Assembly (NCBI GenBank): GCA_038087875.1
Contig: JAXLNO010002694.1
Span: 248,001 to 312,000, forward strand
Direction: 5' to 3'
From: Malacoraja senta
Taxonomy: Eukaryota
Length of the DNA: 64,000 nucleotides
The notes below the pieces were generated by a model, which did no database searches, was not told the DNA's origin, and saw only the letters and a list, made by a program, of their open reading frames with translations. Shown here piece by piece: positions 24,058-36,817 of the stretch. The stretch's first letter is position 1, and each line of letters starts with the position of its first letter. The translations under genes and the position numbers were made by a program.

Positions 24058-24585
24058 ATAGAAACATAGAAACATAGAAATTAGGTGCAGGAGTAAGCCA
24101 TTCGGCCCTTCGAGCCTGCACCGCCATTCAATATGATCATGGCTGATCATCCAACTCAGTATCCCGTACCTGCCTTCTCTCCATACCCTCTGATCCCTTT
24201 AGCCACAAGGGCCACATCTAACTCCCTCTTAAATATAGCCAATGAACTGGCCTCGACTACCCTCTGTGGCAGAGAGTTCCAGAGATTCACCACTCTCTGT
24301 GTGAAAAAAGTTCTTCTCATCTTGGTTTTAAAGGATTTCCCCCATATCCTTAAGCTGTGACCCCTTGTCCTGGACTTCCCCAACATCGGGAGCAATCTTC
24401 CTGCATCTAGCCTGTCCAACCCCTTAAGAATTTTGTAAGTTTCTATTAGATCCCCTCTCAATCTCCTAAATTCTAGAGAGTATAAACCAAGTCTATCCAG
24501 TCTTTCTTCATAAGACAGTCCTGACATCCCAGGAATCAGTCTGGTGAACATTCTCTGCACTCCCTCTATGGCAATAATGTCCTTC
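24058..24585 (-). mobile_element. Young CR1 3' fragment
   Basis: Near-identical to the 3' end of 12471-13787; (CATAGAAA)n tail. Confidence 0.92.
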
Positions 24586-27500
24586 GTGTGTGATAAATGT
24601 TTGCAGGTTAATTGGCCTCTGTAAATTGCCCCTAAACTGCAGGGAATGGATGACAAAGTGGGATAACATAGAACTTGTGTGAATGGGAATCAATGGTCGG
24701 TGTGGACTCAGTGGGCTGGAGGGCTGTTTCCATGTTGTAGCTTTCAATCCAACAAGATGCAAAAGTGGTACCTGGTGAAAGGGATAGCAAGCAACAGCCG
24801 AAGAATACGGCAGGTCAGTTATGCTGCAGCTTTATAGGGCTTTGGTTGGGCAACATTTGAAGTATTGCATGCTGTTCTGGTCGCCTCATTACACGGTGGA
24901 TGTGGAGACTTTGGAGAGGGTACAGAGGGAAATTTACCAGAATGTTGCCTGGATTAGAGGGTATTTGCTATAAGGGGTCTCTGGAATGCTGGAGATTGAG
25001 GGGAGGCCTGATAGAAGTACATAAAATGATGAGAGGCATAGATGGGGTAGAATCTAATCCCCAGGGTGGAAAAATCAAATTCTGGAGGGTAGAGGTAAGA
25101 GGGGCAAGTGTGGTGAGTGCCAGAAATTGATTAGTAAGGGTGTCAGGTGTTACGGGGAGAAGGCAAGAGAATGGGGAGTAGACCTGATGGGCCGAGTGGC
25201 CTAATTATGTCCCCTGAACTAATAAACATGAATGTGCTGCTGGGGGGGGGGGGGGGGGGGGGTGAAGGCAGATAAGATAGTGGCATTTAAGAGATATGCA
25301 GTACATGGATATGCATGGAATGGAAGGCTATGAATTATGTGCAGGGAGATAAGGCTTGGTCTTGGCATCATGCTTCTTCTTCTTCTTGTGTATGGCATGC
25401 ACAGCCTAAAGTGAAGTCTGAAGAAGGGTTTCGGGCCCGAAACGTTGCCTATTTCCTTCGCTCCATAGATGCTGCTGCACCCGCTGAGTTTCTCCAGCAT
25501 TTTTGTGTACCCTGTAGGACAACTTGTTCTATTTGATCTTATTGATTGCATTCGTCGAAACAGGGCGGACCACGTGAAGATTGCAGTCTTCCACCCCCGG
25601 CATCATGCTAAGCACAGACATTGTGGGCCAAAGGGCCTGTTACTTTGCTGTATTATTCTATGTTCTAGATAGGGGAGACAGTCTAAACCTTTTTCCCAGG
25701 GTGGAAATTTCAAACACTAGAGGACATCGGTAGTAAAGAAAGCAAACTCAATGCTAACATTTATCTCAAGAGGGCTTGTATACAAAAACAGGGATGTAAT
25801 GCTGAGGCTCTATAAGGTGCTGGTCAGGACGCATTTGGAATATTGTGAGCAATTTTGGGCACCATATCTGAGGAAGGATGTGCTGGCTCTGGAGCGGGTC
25901 CAGAGGAGGTTGACAAGAATGATCCCACGAATGAGTAAGTTAACCTATGATGAGCGATTGTGGGCCTGTACTCGCTGGAGTTTAGAAGAATGAAGGGGGT
26001 AGGGGGGTACCTCATTGAAAGGTACAGAGTAGTGAAAGGCTTGGATAGAGTGGATGTGGAGAGGATGCTTCCACTAGTAGGAGAGTTTAAGATTAGAGGT
26101 CGTGGCCTCAGAATTAAAGGACGTTCTTTAGGAAGGAGATGAGGAGCAATTTCAGAGGTTGGTGAATCTGTGGAATTCATCGCCACAGAACTACTTCTAC
26201 TCCTACAACTTATGACCTTATGACATGGCTTTCAGGTGAGAGAGGCATCTTCCAATCTGAAGAAGGGTTTCAGCCCGAAACGTTACCTATTTCCTTTGCT
26301 CCATAGATGCTGCTGCACCCGCTGAGTTTCTCCAGCATTTTTGTGTATCTTCCAATCTTTGGTACCTTAGGCAGCAAAGGTGTTCTCGAGAGATGTGGCC
26401 AGATCTGCTGATTTACTCCAGTGCTTTGTATTTCTTTTATTGTAACCCAGCAACTGCAATACCTTGTTTCTTAAAGATTTATAAATTACTGTCTCTTCCC
26501 TTGCCTCCCATAGCAGGACATGGGAGGCAAGGTCCGCCAAGTGGCTCAGCGGTAGAGTTTGCAGTGTATGAACATTGAATTCTCCCAACTCTGCTAGCCC
26601 TTGCTGTCCCCTCCCCTTCATCAGCCCTCTGGTTGTCTCCTCCCATCCCCCAGCCCTCGGGCTCCTCCTCCGCCTTTTTTCCTTTTTTCCTTTCTTCTCC
26701 CCACCCCCTATCAGTTTGAAGAAGGGTTTCGGCCCGAAACGTTGCCTATTTCCTTCGCTCCATAGATGCTGCTGCACCCGCTGAGTTTCTCCAGCATTTT
26801 TGTGTACCTTCAGCGGTAGAGTTGCTGCTTTAACCGCCAGAAACCCACGTACGATTCCGACTACGGGTTCTGTTTGTATGGAGTTTGTACCTTCTCCCCG
26901 TGACCGCGTGGGTTTTCTCCGAGTGCTCTGGTTTCCTCCCACACGCCAAAGACGCACAAGTTTGTAGGTTAATTGGCTTTGGTAAAATTGTAAATTGTCT
27001 CTAGTGTGTAGGATAGTGCTAGGGTATGATCGCTGGTCGGCATGGACTCGGTTGGCTGAAGGGCCTGTTTCTGTGCAGTATCTCTAAAGTCTAAAATCTA
27101 AAGCAGCCGGTGATAAATCTTAAAAGGCATGGGGGACTATTCATCTGTAAACCTACGAAAACATCTAATACTTCCTTATTTTATCATGGTATTATGTCCC
27201 TACACCCTCTGTCTGCAAGTGCTCTGTATCTCTCCCTGTTCATTGCATGTTCATCAGGCAATTGTCTAAAAGCCTCTTAAATGTAATTATCTGCCTCCAC
27301 CCCCACTCCCGTCATGCCTGAACAGTCTGCAGCTTGGAATGTCGCGCTGCCAGTCCTGCCTGACTCCCAGCCATGTCTCCTTGATAGCAATGTCGTCATA
27401 GTCCTTTGTGTTGATCGACGCCCAAATATAATCACCTTACCTGTCAGGCACCTTGCATTAAAATGATTGCGATTTAGCCTTTCATTCCCCACACCCTTGC

Positions 27501-28129
27501 TTCACCACACCCACGTTCGCTCTGCTGACTGGACTGAATTAGTGTCCCTGCAATTACTGACTGTGCTTCCTGTTAACCCCTCCCCCCCCCCCCCCCCCCC
27601 AGCACTCTGTGCCCCATTCCCTTGCCAAATTAGTTTAAAGACAACCTGGCTGTGGTACCGGGTCTGAAGAAGGGTTTCGACCCGCAAAGTTGCCTATTTC
27701 CTTCGCTCCATAGATGCTGCCTCACCCGCTGAGTTTCTCCAGCATTTTTGTCTACCTTAGTTTAAAGACAAAGTGCTGGAATAACTCACGATTTAGGCAG
27801 CATCTCTGTCGAACATGGATCCATTCCCTCCACTGATGCTGCCCGGCCTGCTGAGTTACTCCAGCACTTGGTATGTTTTTTCTTTTGTAAACTGGCATCT
27901 GCGGTTCCTCGTGTCTCCAAATGAATGGTTTTGTGGCCATGTTTGCAGATGATACGAAGATAGTTGGGGGTGCAGGTAGTGTCGAGGAAGCAGAGAGGCT
28001 GCAGAAGGAATTGGACAAATTGGGAGAGTGGGCAAAGAAGTGGCAAAGGAATAATGGTGTAGATTATTTTCTAAATGGGAAGAGGATTCAGAAATCAGAG
28101 ATCTTCAAATATGTCGCTTTGCTAAAACA

Positions 28130-30380
28130 GTGTTTCCCTCATTTCCTCATCTGTCCACTAAGAGCCAATTAGACACTATTCTGGAGTTGGACCCCTTTGA
28201 CAAGAAATGTGTTTCAGCAATTTACACATGAATACAGGAATTAAAACAGATAACCTGGGACAAAACTAAAGTGTCATGGGAGAGGGACCTGGGTGTAGAG
28301 CTTTCTGATGAGGTGTGGCGAGAGGCTTAAACGTATAGGCAAGGCAAGGCAAATTTATTTGTATAGCACCATTCGTGCAAACAGCAATTCAAGGTGCTTT
28401 ACAGGAAAGAAAAAATAAAATAGTCAATAATTAAAAATTGCAAAATAAGCAATACGACAAACGTATGAATAATAAAACAACGTCAATGAAGCAATAAAAC
28501 AATTTTAAAAAGCACATAAAAGGGTTAAAATTAGACGGTTAAGATTACCTGCATGTCAGGTTATGGAAAAGCTCTGGTAAACAACAGTGTTTTAAGGCCT
28601 GATTTAAATGCGCTTACAGTCTGTGCCCACCTCAGGTGTTCAGGGAGCTTGTTCCACAGGTGTGGAGCATAAAAACCCAATGCTGCTGCAACCTTTTTAG
28701 TTCTGACCCTGGGAACACAGAGTAAACCTGTCCCTGAAGACCTGAGGAGTCTAGGCGCCTCATATACAACAAGTAGGTCAGAGATGTATTTTGGACCTAG
28801 ACCATTCAGTGCCTTGTAGGTCAGTAACAGAATTTTAAAATCTATCCTCTTACACACAGGGAGCCAGTGCAAAGATTTAAGGACAGGTGTAATGTGGTCC
28901 ATTTTCTTGGTGTTGGTCAAGACTCTGGAAGCGGCATTTTGGATAAGCTGCAGTTGTTTAATTGATTTTGTATTTGAGACCTGTAAAGATGCCATTACAA
29001 TAATCTAACCTACTAAAAATATATGCATGAACAAGTTTTTCAGTGTCTTCTTTGGACAGAAATCCCTTGATTCTTGCAATATTTTTTAGATGGTAATAGG
29101 CAGATCTGGTAATGGTCTTTATATGGCTGATAAAATTCAAATCCGAGTCCATAACTACACCAAGGTTTCTGGCTTTGTCTGTGGTTTTCAGTGCAATTGA
29201 GTCGAGTTGAGCACTCACCTCTAGCCTTGTTTTATTGGGACCAAAGACAATAATTTCTGTCTTATTTGCATTGAGCTGGAGGAAGTTCTGGTTCATCCAC
29301 TCATTGATATGTTTGACACATTGGCTCAGTGAGTGTAGGGGACTATGGTCATGTGGTGACACTGCGATATATAGTTGTGTGTCATCGGCATAAGTGTGGT
29401 AGGATATGTTAAAATGCTCTATGATCTGAGCTAGGGGGAGCATATAAATGTTGAACAAAATGGGTCCAAGAATGGAGCCCTGAGGAACCCCGCATGTGAG
29501 TTTTGTACGTTCTGATTCAAAATTACCAAGGGAAACAAAATAATCCCGATCTTTCAAGTAAGATTTGAACCAGTCCAGCACAGAACCAGAGAGTCCCACC
29601 CTCTTCTCCAGTCTGTCAAGCAGTATGTTGTGGTCCACCGTATCAAAAGCAGCACATTGCTGTGTATACGCCATGGGTTGATCCAATTTAAAGTCCTTCA
29701 CCCTCTTCATTATTCAAGAAACAAACTTGCCATAATCTTGTCTACCACAGATCCTGGCTGCCCTAGATGTGGCCATAGCCCAGCCTCTGTAGGACACATG
29801 TTTTGGACATGTCCCTCTCTCATCAGCCACTGGGGAAACATATTTGAGGTATTCTCCCATATCTGCAGACATGACTATAAATCCTGACTTGCACGCAGCT
29901 ATCTTTGGAATACCACCCCCAAACTGTAAGCTTACAAATTTACAAGCATTGCTTGCTCGCAGGCTTATTCTTTTCAACTGGAAGTAAAAAAAAGCTCCAT
30001 CTTTTTTGCAGTGGTTAAAGGAGGTGCTCTCCTTTTTGCCCTTGGAAAAGATCAGGTATAAACGGTGCAAGTCCCGCAGAAACTTTGCTCTGAGCTGGAA
30101 CCCTTTTATAGATCTTATTACAGATTTTTCCTTTAACTGAAAATATTGTCTACACAGTCATAATCATTTATTTATATGTGCATGTTGCTGTTGTTAACAT
30201 GTAACATTTGAACACAAAGACTGCCTTTTAAACAAATTTTTTTATTTTCTCTTTCTCGTTTTTGAGCCTTGGGGATAGGGAGGGGTATATAAGTTTTGTA
30301 CTGTTCTGTACTGTTTGTTGGTGTTCTGCGTAAATTTGTGTTTATAACTTGAAAACCAAAAATAGAGTTGTTTTTTTTTA
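28130..30380 (+). mobile_element. L1/Tx1-type ORF2 3' fragment interrupted by an L2
   Basis: CIRHGLIQFKVLH...CPRCG...HMFWTC cysteine-rich C-terminal domain, preceded by a W.RDLG..LSDEVW-like segment. Confidence 0.75.
28338..29654 (-). mobile_element. L2 LINE 3' half (RT)
   Basis: AAFDTVDH, GVPQGSILGP, YADDTQLY, SRLDYCN, HITPVLKSLHWLPV; (TTGCC)n tail. Confidence 0.92.
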
Positions 30381-31495
30381 AATCAGAGGCAAAGGGACTT
30401 GAGAGTGCTGGTACAGGGTTACTAAAAGATTAATGAACAGACAGCACCCGTAGTTGGGATTGAACCGGAGTCTCTGGTGCTGCAAGCTCTGTAAGGCAGC
30501 AACTCTACCACTGCGCCACCATGCCTCCCTAATATTTTTTCAGATTTTTGAATTGATCACCATGTGCTACAGTGGGATTCAAACCCTGCTCTGATTTATG
30601 TCACTAATCCGGACGCCATCACCTCCCTGGTGTACCTGGTGTTGACCCATCGCTCTTCCCTCTGTGCTACCAATCATTGTGGGGTGACTAGTTCACTAAA
30701 TGATGTTCTCGGCATCACAGATGTTCCACAGTGGACCATCAGTAATGCATGAAGGCATTTATTCTCAACGCATTCCTGCAGGTTCGATTGTTATATATTT
30801 TTATGTCTGCGAGCCTCATGTATAATTCATCTCAGCCAGTTCAGTTTAGTTTATTGTCACATGTACCAAGGTACAGTGAAAAGCTGTTTGTTGCGTGCTA
30901 ACCAGTCAGCAGAAAGACAATATGTGATTACAATCAACCAATTTACAGTGTATGGACACATGATAAGGGTATAACGTTTAGTGCAATGTAAAGCCAGCAT
31001 AGTCCGAGGGACATCAAAAAGGTAGATAGTAGTTCAGCACTGCTCACTGGTTGTGGTAGGATGATTCAGTTGCCTGATCTCACCTGGGGGAAACATCATC
31101 ATTACGTTTAACTTGCCATACTCTGTACCAAAGAAGGCCCCAAACCGAAACATTGCTTGTTAATTTCCCTCCCATTAGATGCTACCTAATCCATTGAGTT
31201 CCACAACCACTTTGTGCTTTGCTCTAGATTCCAGCATCTGCCCTTCCTTGTGCCTCTGTAAGTCCCTTATGTTTTAGAATCATATAGAGTGGAAACAGGC
31301 CCTTCGGCCCAACATGTCCCAGCTACACTAGTCCCATCTACCTGTCTAACTGTTTCTTAAATGTTGGGATAGTCCCTGCCTCAACTACCTCCTCTGGCAC
31401 CTCATTCCATACACCCACCACCCTTTGTGTGGAACAAGTTACCCATCAGATTCCTATTCCTCTCTTCACCTTAAACCAATATCCTCTGGACCTCG

Positions 31496-31696
31496 TGTTA
31501 AAGAAGGAACTGCAGATGCTGGAAAATCGAAGGTACACAAAAATGCTGGAGAAACTCAGCGGGTGCAGCAGCATCTATGGAGCGAAGGAAATGGGCAACG
31601 TTTCAGTCTGAAGAAGGGTTTTGGCCCAAAACGTTGCCTATTTCCTTCGCTCCATAGATGCTGCTGCACCCGCTGAGTTTCTCCAGCATTTTTGTG
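31496..31696. mobile_element. Inverted-pair Penelope terminal-repeat insertion with a 16-bp TSD
   Basis: TATCCTCTGGACCTCG at 31480-31495 and 31697-31712; ~70-bp inverted arms around a mutated hammerhead-like core. Confidence 0.8.
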
Positions 31697-33240
31697 TATC
31701 CTCTGGACCTCGATTCTCCTACTCTGGGCAAGAGACTCTGTGCGTCTACCGGATGTATTCCTCTCATGATTTTATACCATATAAGATCACCCTTCATCCA
31801 CCTGCTCTCCAAGGAATTGAGTCCCAGCCTACTCAACCTCTACCTGATAGCCCAGACCCTCAAGTCCTGGCAACATCCTCGTAAATCTTCTCTGTACGCT
31901 AACCAGATCACTCTTCGAAACTGAAGATAATAAGCAAATAATATTCTGACGTCCTTTTAATTGATTTTTATTATAATTTCTTTTTATTACCCATTGTATA
32001 ATAGAAAATAGTATTTTGACATCCATTTAATATATTTGTATTAAAGATATTATACAATGTATGATAATTTTTACAGCAAAAACAGGTGATCTTAAAAAGA
32101 CAACAGGACACAGACCCTGGTGAGTTTAAAGGGAGAGCGGATAACAGACCCCAGCATTTTAAAGGATCAGTAGAACTGGGCTCCAGTGTGTGAGAGGGAG
32201 GGTGGGAGTCAGCTTCTGCCTCATGTGAACTACCAAGATTTCCAAATAATTGGATAGTGGACAATCGGTATTTTACTGCATTGTGGAACTGAGAAAAAGC
32301 ATTAATCACAAATGCTGGAGTTACTCAGCTGGTCAGGCAGCGTCTCTGGGGGAAAGGAATAGCTGACGCTTTGGGTTCCGACTATTCTCGAGACCGAGAG
32401 TCAGGAGGGAGGGAAACTTACAGATATGAAAAGTAAAAGTGATATCTCAGGTCAAAAGGCCTGGACAGTGATTGTGGAGAGGATGATTCCAGTAGTGGAA
32501 GATTCTAGGACCAGAGGGCACAGCCTCAGAATAAAAGGACATGCCATTAGAATGGAGATGAAGAGGAAATCTTGATGCTGGTGAATCTGTAGAATCCATT
32601 ACCACAGGTGGCTGTGGAGGCTAAGTCATTGGATATTTTTAATGCGTAGATTGATAGTTTCTTGATTAGTAAGGGTGTCAAAAGTTACAGGGAGAAGCAA
32701 GGAGAATGGGATTGAGAGGGGAAAATAGATCAGCTTTGAATGTATGGCAGAGCAGACTTGATGGACTCAATGGCCTAATTCTGGTCCAATGACTCATGAT
32801 CTTGTGAAAAGCTCAGGCCTGGCACAAAGCTTGCAGTCCACAGGGCAGCAGTGATCTCTGGTCTTCTATATATTTTGGGGGCTATCTATCTACAACATCC
32901 ATGGATGTTGCGTGACCTGCTGAGTGGTTCCCGTTTTTATTTCGGAGTGCTCTCGGTATGGAGTTTGCATGTTCACACTGGGACTGTGTGCGTTTTTTCA
33001 GGGTGCTCCGGTTTCTTCCCACACTCCAAAGACGTGCGGGCTTGTAGGTTAATTGGCTTCAGTCAAAATTATAAATTGCCCCTAGCGCGTAGGATAGTGC
33101 TAGTGTACGGGGTGATCGCTGGTCGGCGCGGACTCAGTGGGCTGAGGGGTCTGTTTCCACACTGTATCCCTAAAGTCTAACGAATCATCCATTCCAATGA
33201 GAGGGCACCAGTACACTCGAGTAGGGTCCATGATTGGGGA

Positions 33241-33348
33241 TAGACACAAAATGCTGGAGTAACTCAGCGGGACAGGCAGCATCTCTGGAGAGAAGGAATG
33301 GGTGACGTTTCGGATCGAGACCCTTATTCAGACTGGGCAGTCAGACTT
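33241..33348 (-). mobile_element. Penelope terminal-repeat fragment inserted in the last MHC exon
   Basis: 12-bp TSD CATGATTGGGGA (33229-33240, 33349-33360); sequence matches the hammerhead-containing repeat family. Confidence 0.85.
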
Positions 33349-33449
33349 CATGATTGGGGAGTCTGACTTGGGAAGCATTTTCTCTTTCTCGTTCCTGTCA
33401 ACTCCTCCTGCTGTTACATCCTTCTGCAAAGACTGACTGCTGGTGGAAC
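33328..33449 (-). CDS. MHC class I exon 7 (terminal cytoplasmic exon)
   Basis: Acceptor ...tctatcttag; phase-compatible (G)STSSQSLQKDVTAGGVDRNEKEKMLPKSDSPIMKSDCPV*; the last 6 aa and the stop derive from an insertion. Confidence 0.7.
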
Positions 33450-34167
33450 CTAAGATAGAGAGTAACAAGGTGAGTGGAAATTCCAGGCAAGATTTAGACA
33501 GCACAGTGGCGCAGTGGGTAGACCTGCTGCCGCACAGCGACAGAGACCCAGGTTCCATCCTGACCTCGGGTGCTGCATGTGTGGAGTTTGCACGTTCTCC
33601 CTGTGACCACGTGGGTTTCCTCCGGCTGTCCTGGTTTCCTCCCACATCCCGAAGGCGTGTGGGTTTGTAGGTTAATTGACCCTAGTGTCAGGGAGTGGGT
33701 GCAAATGTGGGGTAATGTAGAACTAGCGTGAACACATCCACGATGGTTGGCGTGGACCCGGTGGGCTGAAGAGCCCGTTTCCATGCTGTATCCCAAAACT
33801 AAACACCATCCTACGTCCTTCTCTCTCCCCACCGCCACATTCCCCACCCTCCCCTCAACCCTCCTCACACAAGGGGGGTGACTGCCTAGAACGAACTGCC
33901 AAGGTGGTTGAAGCAGATAGGAATGTGGCATTTTAAAGACTTTTGGATAGGTATATGGATACAATGGGAATGGAGGGATATGGATTATGGGCAGACAGAT
34001 AAGTGATGGTCATGGCATCATGTTCGGCCCAGACACTGTGGGCTGAAGGGCCCATTCATGTGCTGTACTGTTCTATGTCCGATGTTCCATTATTGTGATC
34101 TATGCTGGGAGCTGAATTTAGCACCAAGTCCTGCCCTAGTCCAACAAGTCCGTACAATGTTACTTAC

Positions 34168-34197
34168 CTGATGAGGAAGAGTCAGTCTCACTGGATC
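34168..34197 (-). CDS. MHC class I exon 6 (Ser-rich cytoplasmic exon, 30 nt)
   Basis: tttgtttag|GATCCAGTGAGACTGACTCTTCCTCATCAG|gtaagt = (G)SSETDSSSS, phase 1-1. Confidence 0.85.
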
Positions 34198-34569
34198 CTA
34201 AACAAATGAAAAGGCACAAGTCAGCTGCTGAGAAATGTCACTGCGGAAACACTGCCACAGGCTCCGCATCAAACTACTTCCACAAAAACAAGCACATCAT
34301 ATTCTGGGACAATTCTTCCTTGAGGTTAAACTGCAGCTGGAGATATTGGAGAGAGGGAGCACTGCACTGTAGCATAGGGAATGGAGGGAGTGCTGCACTG
34401 TTGGAATGAGGGAACTGATCGAGTGCTGCATTGTTGCACAGAGAGCCGAGGGAGCGCTGCATGGCTGCACAGAGAACTGAGTGAACCGAGGAGTCCCATA
34501 CAACTGCTGGACGAGTGCGTTCCACGTGTCTGTGCAGTGTGTGAGGTTGCAGCCCCTGTTCCAATATCT

Positions 34570-35030
34570 AAAGCGGCTGCTCCTTGCCTTCTGGCTGCAC
34601 TTCACACCCACCATCCTCATCTTTGGACACCCTATGCGTAGGTGAGAGGGTAGGGCCGAGGATGTCCTGGTTGGGTTGCTTCTAGGCCTGACCAAGCTGG
34701 CCATCCGCAAGTCACGGAGCCAGGCGGAAGAGGCCTTTGCCTGAGCCGGCTGCCTGCCCCTTTTCCGTGGATATGTCCGCGCCCAGCTGGTTTTAGAAAG
34801 GGACTAGGCGCTGTCCATGGGCGCCCTGGGGAATTTCCGGGACCGCTGGGCATCGCGGGGCGGGGGGATGAATGCATCCTTGACAAGGATTGTAATATAG
34901 TCGTTTAATTTTCAGTATATTTAAGAATATTTGTTTTACTTTGTGCTGTGGTGGTGGGTTTGTTGTTATCGTTTTGTATTGTACATATTATTCTTGTAAA
35001 TAATTGATTTAAATTATTTTTTGGTATAAA
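34570..35030 (+). mobile_element. Tx1-type LINE 3' fragment
   Basis: LLLGLTKLAIRKSR...AGCLPLFRGYVRA motif followed by an AT-rich 3' UTR. Confidence 0.65.
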
Positions 35031-35537
35031 AAAATGTTCTATTTGCTTGCTCTGTGCCTCTTTGATGGAGTATTGCTCATTTTCAGTGCGTTTTTGAGGC
35101 TCAGTATATTGCAATTAAAAGAATCTCAACAGACAGGCTGTGGCAGCCCAGTGGTGCAGCCGTTAGAGGCGCTATCTCACAGTGCCAGAGCCCCGGGTTC
35201 GATCCGGACCACGGGTGCAGAGTTTGCACGTTCTCCCTGTGACCGCGTGGGTTTGCTCTGTGTGCTCCGGTTTCCTCCCACTTCCCAAAGATGTGCAGAT
35301 CTGTAGGTTAATTGTCCCTCTGTAAATTGCCCCACCTAGTGTGTAGGGAATAGATGAGGAACGGGATAACATACAGCTAGTGTGAACGGATGATCGATGG
35401 TCAGCGTGGACTTGGTGGGTTGAGGGGCCTGTTTCCTTGGTGTATGTCTAAACTAAACCAAGTGCTTGAGGTTAACAAATGTGGGTGGCTTGTCCCTGAC
35501 TGTCGCATGCGAAACAGATCGTGCAATGCGGTCTTAC

Positions 35538-35669
35538 CCTTGCCAAAACAGCTGTAGTCTTTCACCACTCCTGAACCCTTCTTCCACAAGTTGAAAACAG
35601 CCCACAGTGTGCACAGAAACAGCAGGATAGCTGGGATCACCAGCCATATAAGAACACGGCCACCTTGAT
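35538..35669 (-). CDS. MHC class I exon 5 (transmembrane + proximal tail)
   Basis: ttgtttaattag|...|gtaaga, 132 nt, phase 1-1: DQGGRVLIWLVIPAILLFLCTLWAVFNLWKKGSGVVKDYSCFGK. Confidence 0.9.
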
Positions 35670-36346
35670 CTAATTAAACAAGAAGTCATTGTATTATCAA
35701 CGGACAGGAACTATCAGTCAGCGCATAGTGTACCCAACCCTTACCCAGCGTCCCTTACCCAGAGGTGGCACAGTGGCGCAACTGGTAGAGTTGCTGCCTC
35801 ACAACACCAGAGACCCAGGTTCAATCCCGACCTCGGGACAAAGCCGAGCAAGTGATAGGTGGATACAGGTGAAATGGGGTAGTGGGGTTGATTGGCAGAT
35901 GAGTGGGCAAAGGCCACAGGGCGCCACAGTGGCACAGCAAGTAGAGCTGCTGCCTCACACCACCAGAGACCCAGGGTCGATCCCGACCTCTGGTGCTGTC
36001 TGTGTGTGGAGTTGCACATTCTCCATGTGGCCACGTGGGTTTCCTCCGGTGCTCCACTTTCCTCCCACATCCCAAGAAAGACGTGCGGGTTTGTAGGTTA
36101 ATTGGCCCTCTGGTATGTATCGAGTGAATGAGAATATGAGATAACATCGAATTATTGTGAACATGTGAACAGGTGGTCAGCGTGAATTCGTTGGGCCGAA
36201 GGGTCTGTTTCCGTGCTGTATCTCTACACTAAACTAAATCCCACCCTCCTGACCTCTCTCCCTCTCTCTGGATACACAATTAGCTTGATGGTAGGAAGCA
36301 GCTGAAGAAGGTGTAAGTTTTGCTTGTTTGGACTAGAGCCCGTGAC

Positions 36347-36817
36347 CAGTGGACTTTCATATGAAGAAAGACTGGATAGACTTGGCTTATACTCGCTAGA
36401 ATTTAGGAGATTGAGAGGGGATCTTATAGAAACGTACAAAATTCTTATGGGGTTGGACAGGCTAGATGCAGGAAGATTGTTCCCGATGTTGGGGAAGTCC
36501 AGGACAAGGGGTCACAGCTTAAGGATAAGGGGGAAATCCTTTAAGACCGAGATGAGGAAAAACTTTTTCACACAGAGAGTGGTGAATCTCTGGAACTCTC
36601 TGCCACAGAAGGTAGTTGATGCCAGTTCATTGGCTATATTTAAGAGGGAGTTAGATGTGGCCCTTGTGGCTAAACGGATCAGGGGGTATGGAGAGAAGGC
36701 AGGTACGGGATACTGAGTTGGATGATCAGCCATGATCATATTGAATGGCGGTGCAGGCTCGAAGGGCCGAATGGCCTACTCCTGCACTTATTTTCTATGT
36801 ATCTATGTATCTATGTA
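36347..36817 (+). mobile_element. Young CR1 3' fragment in MHC intron 4
   Basis: GLSYEERLDRLGLYSLEFRR...GYGEKAGTGY* plus 3' UTR and CTATGTAT tail. Confidence 0.92.
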
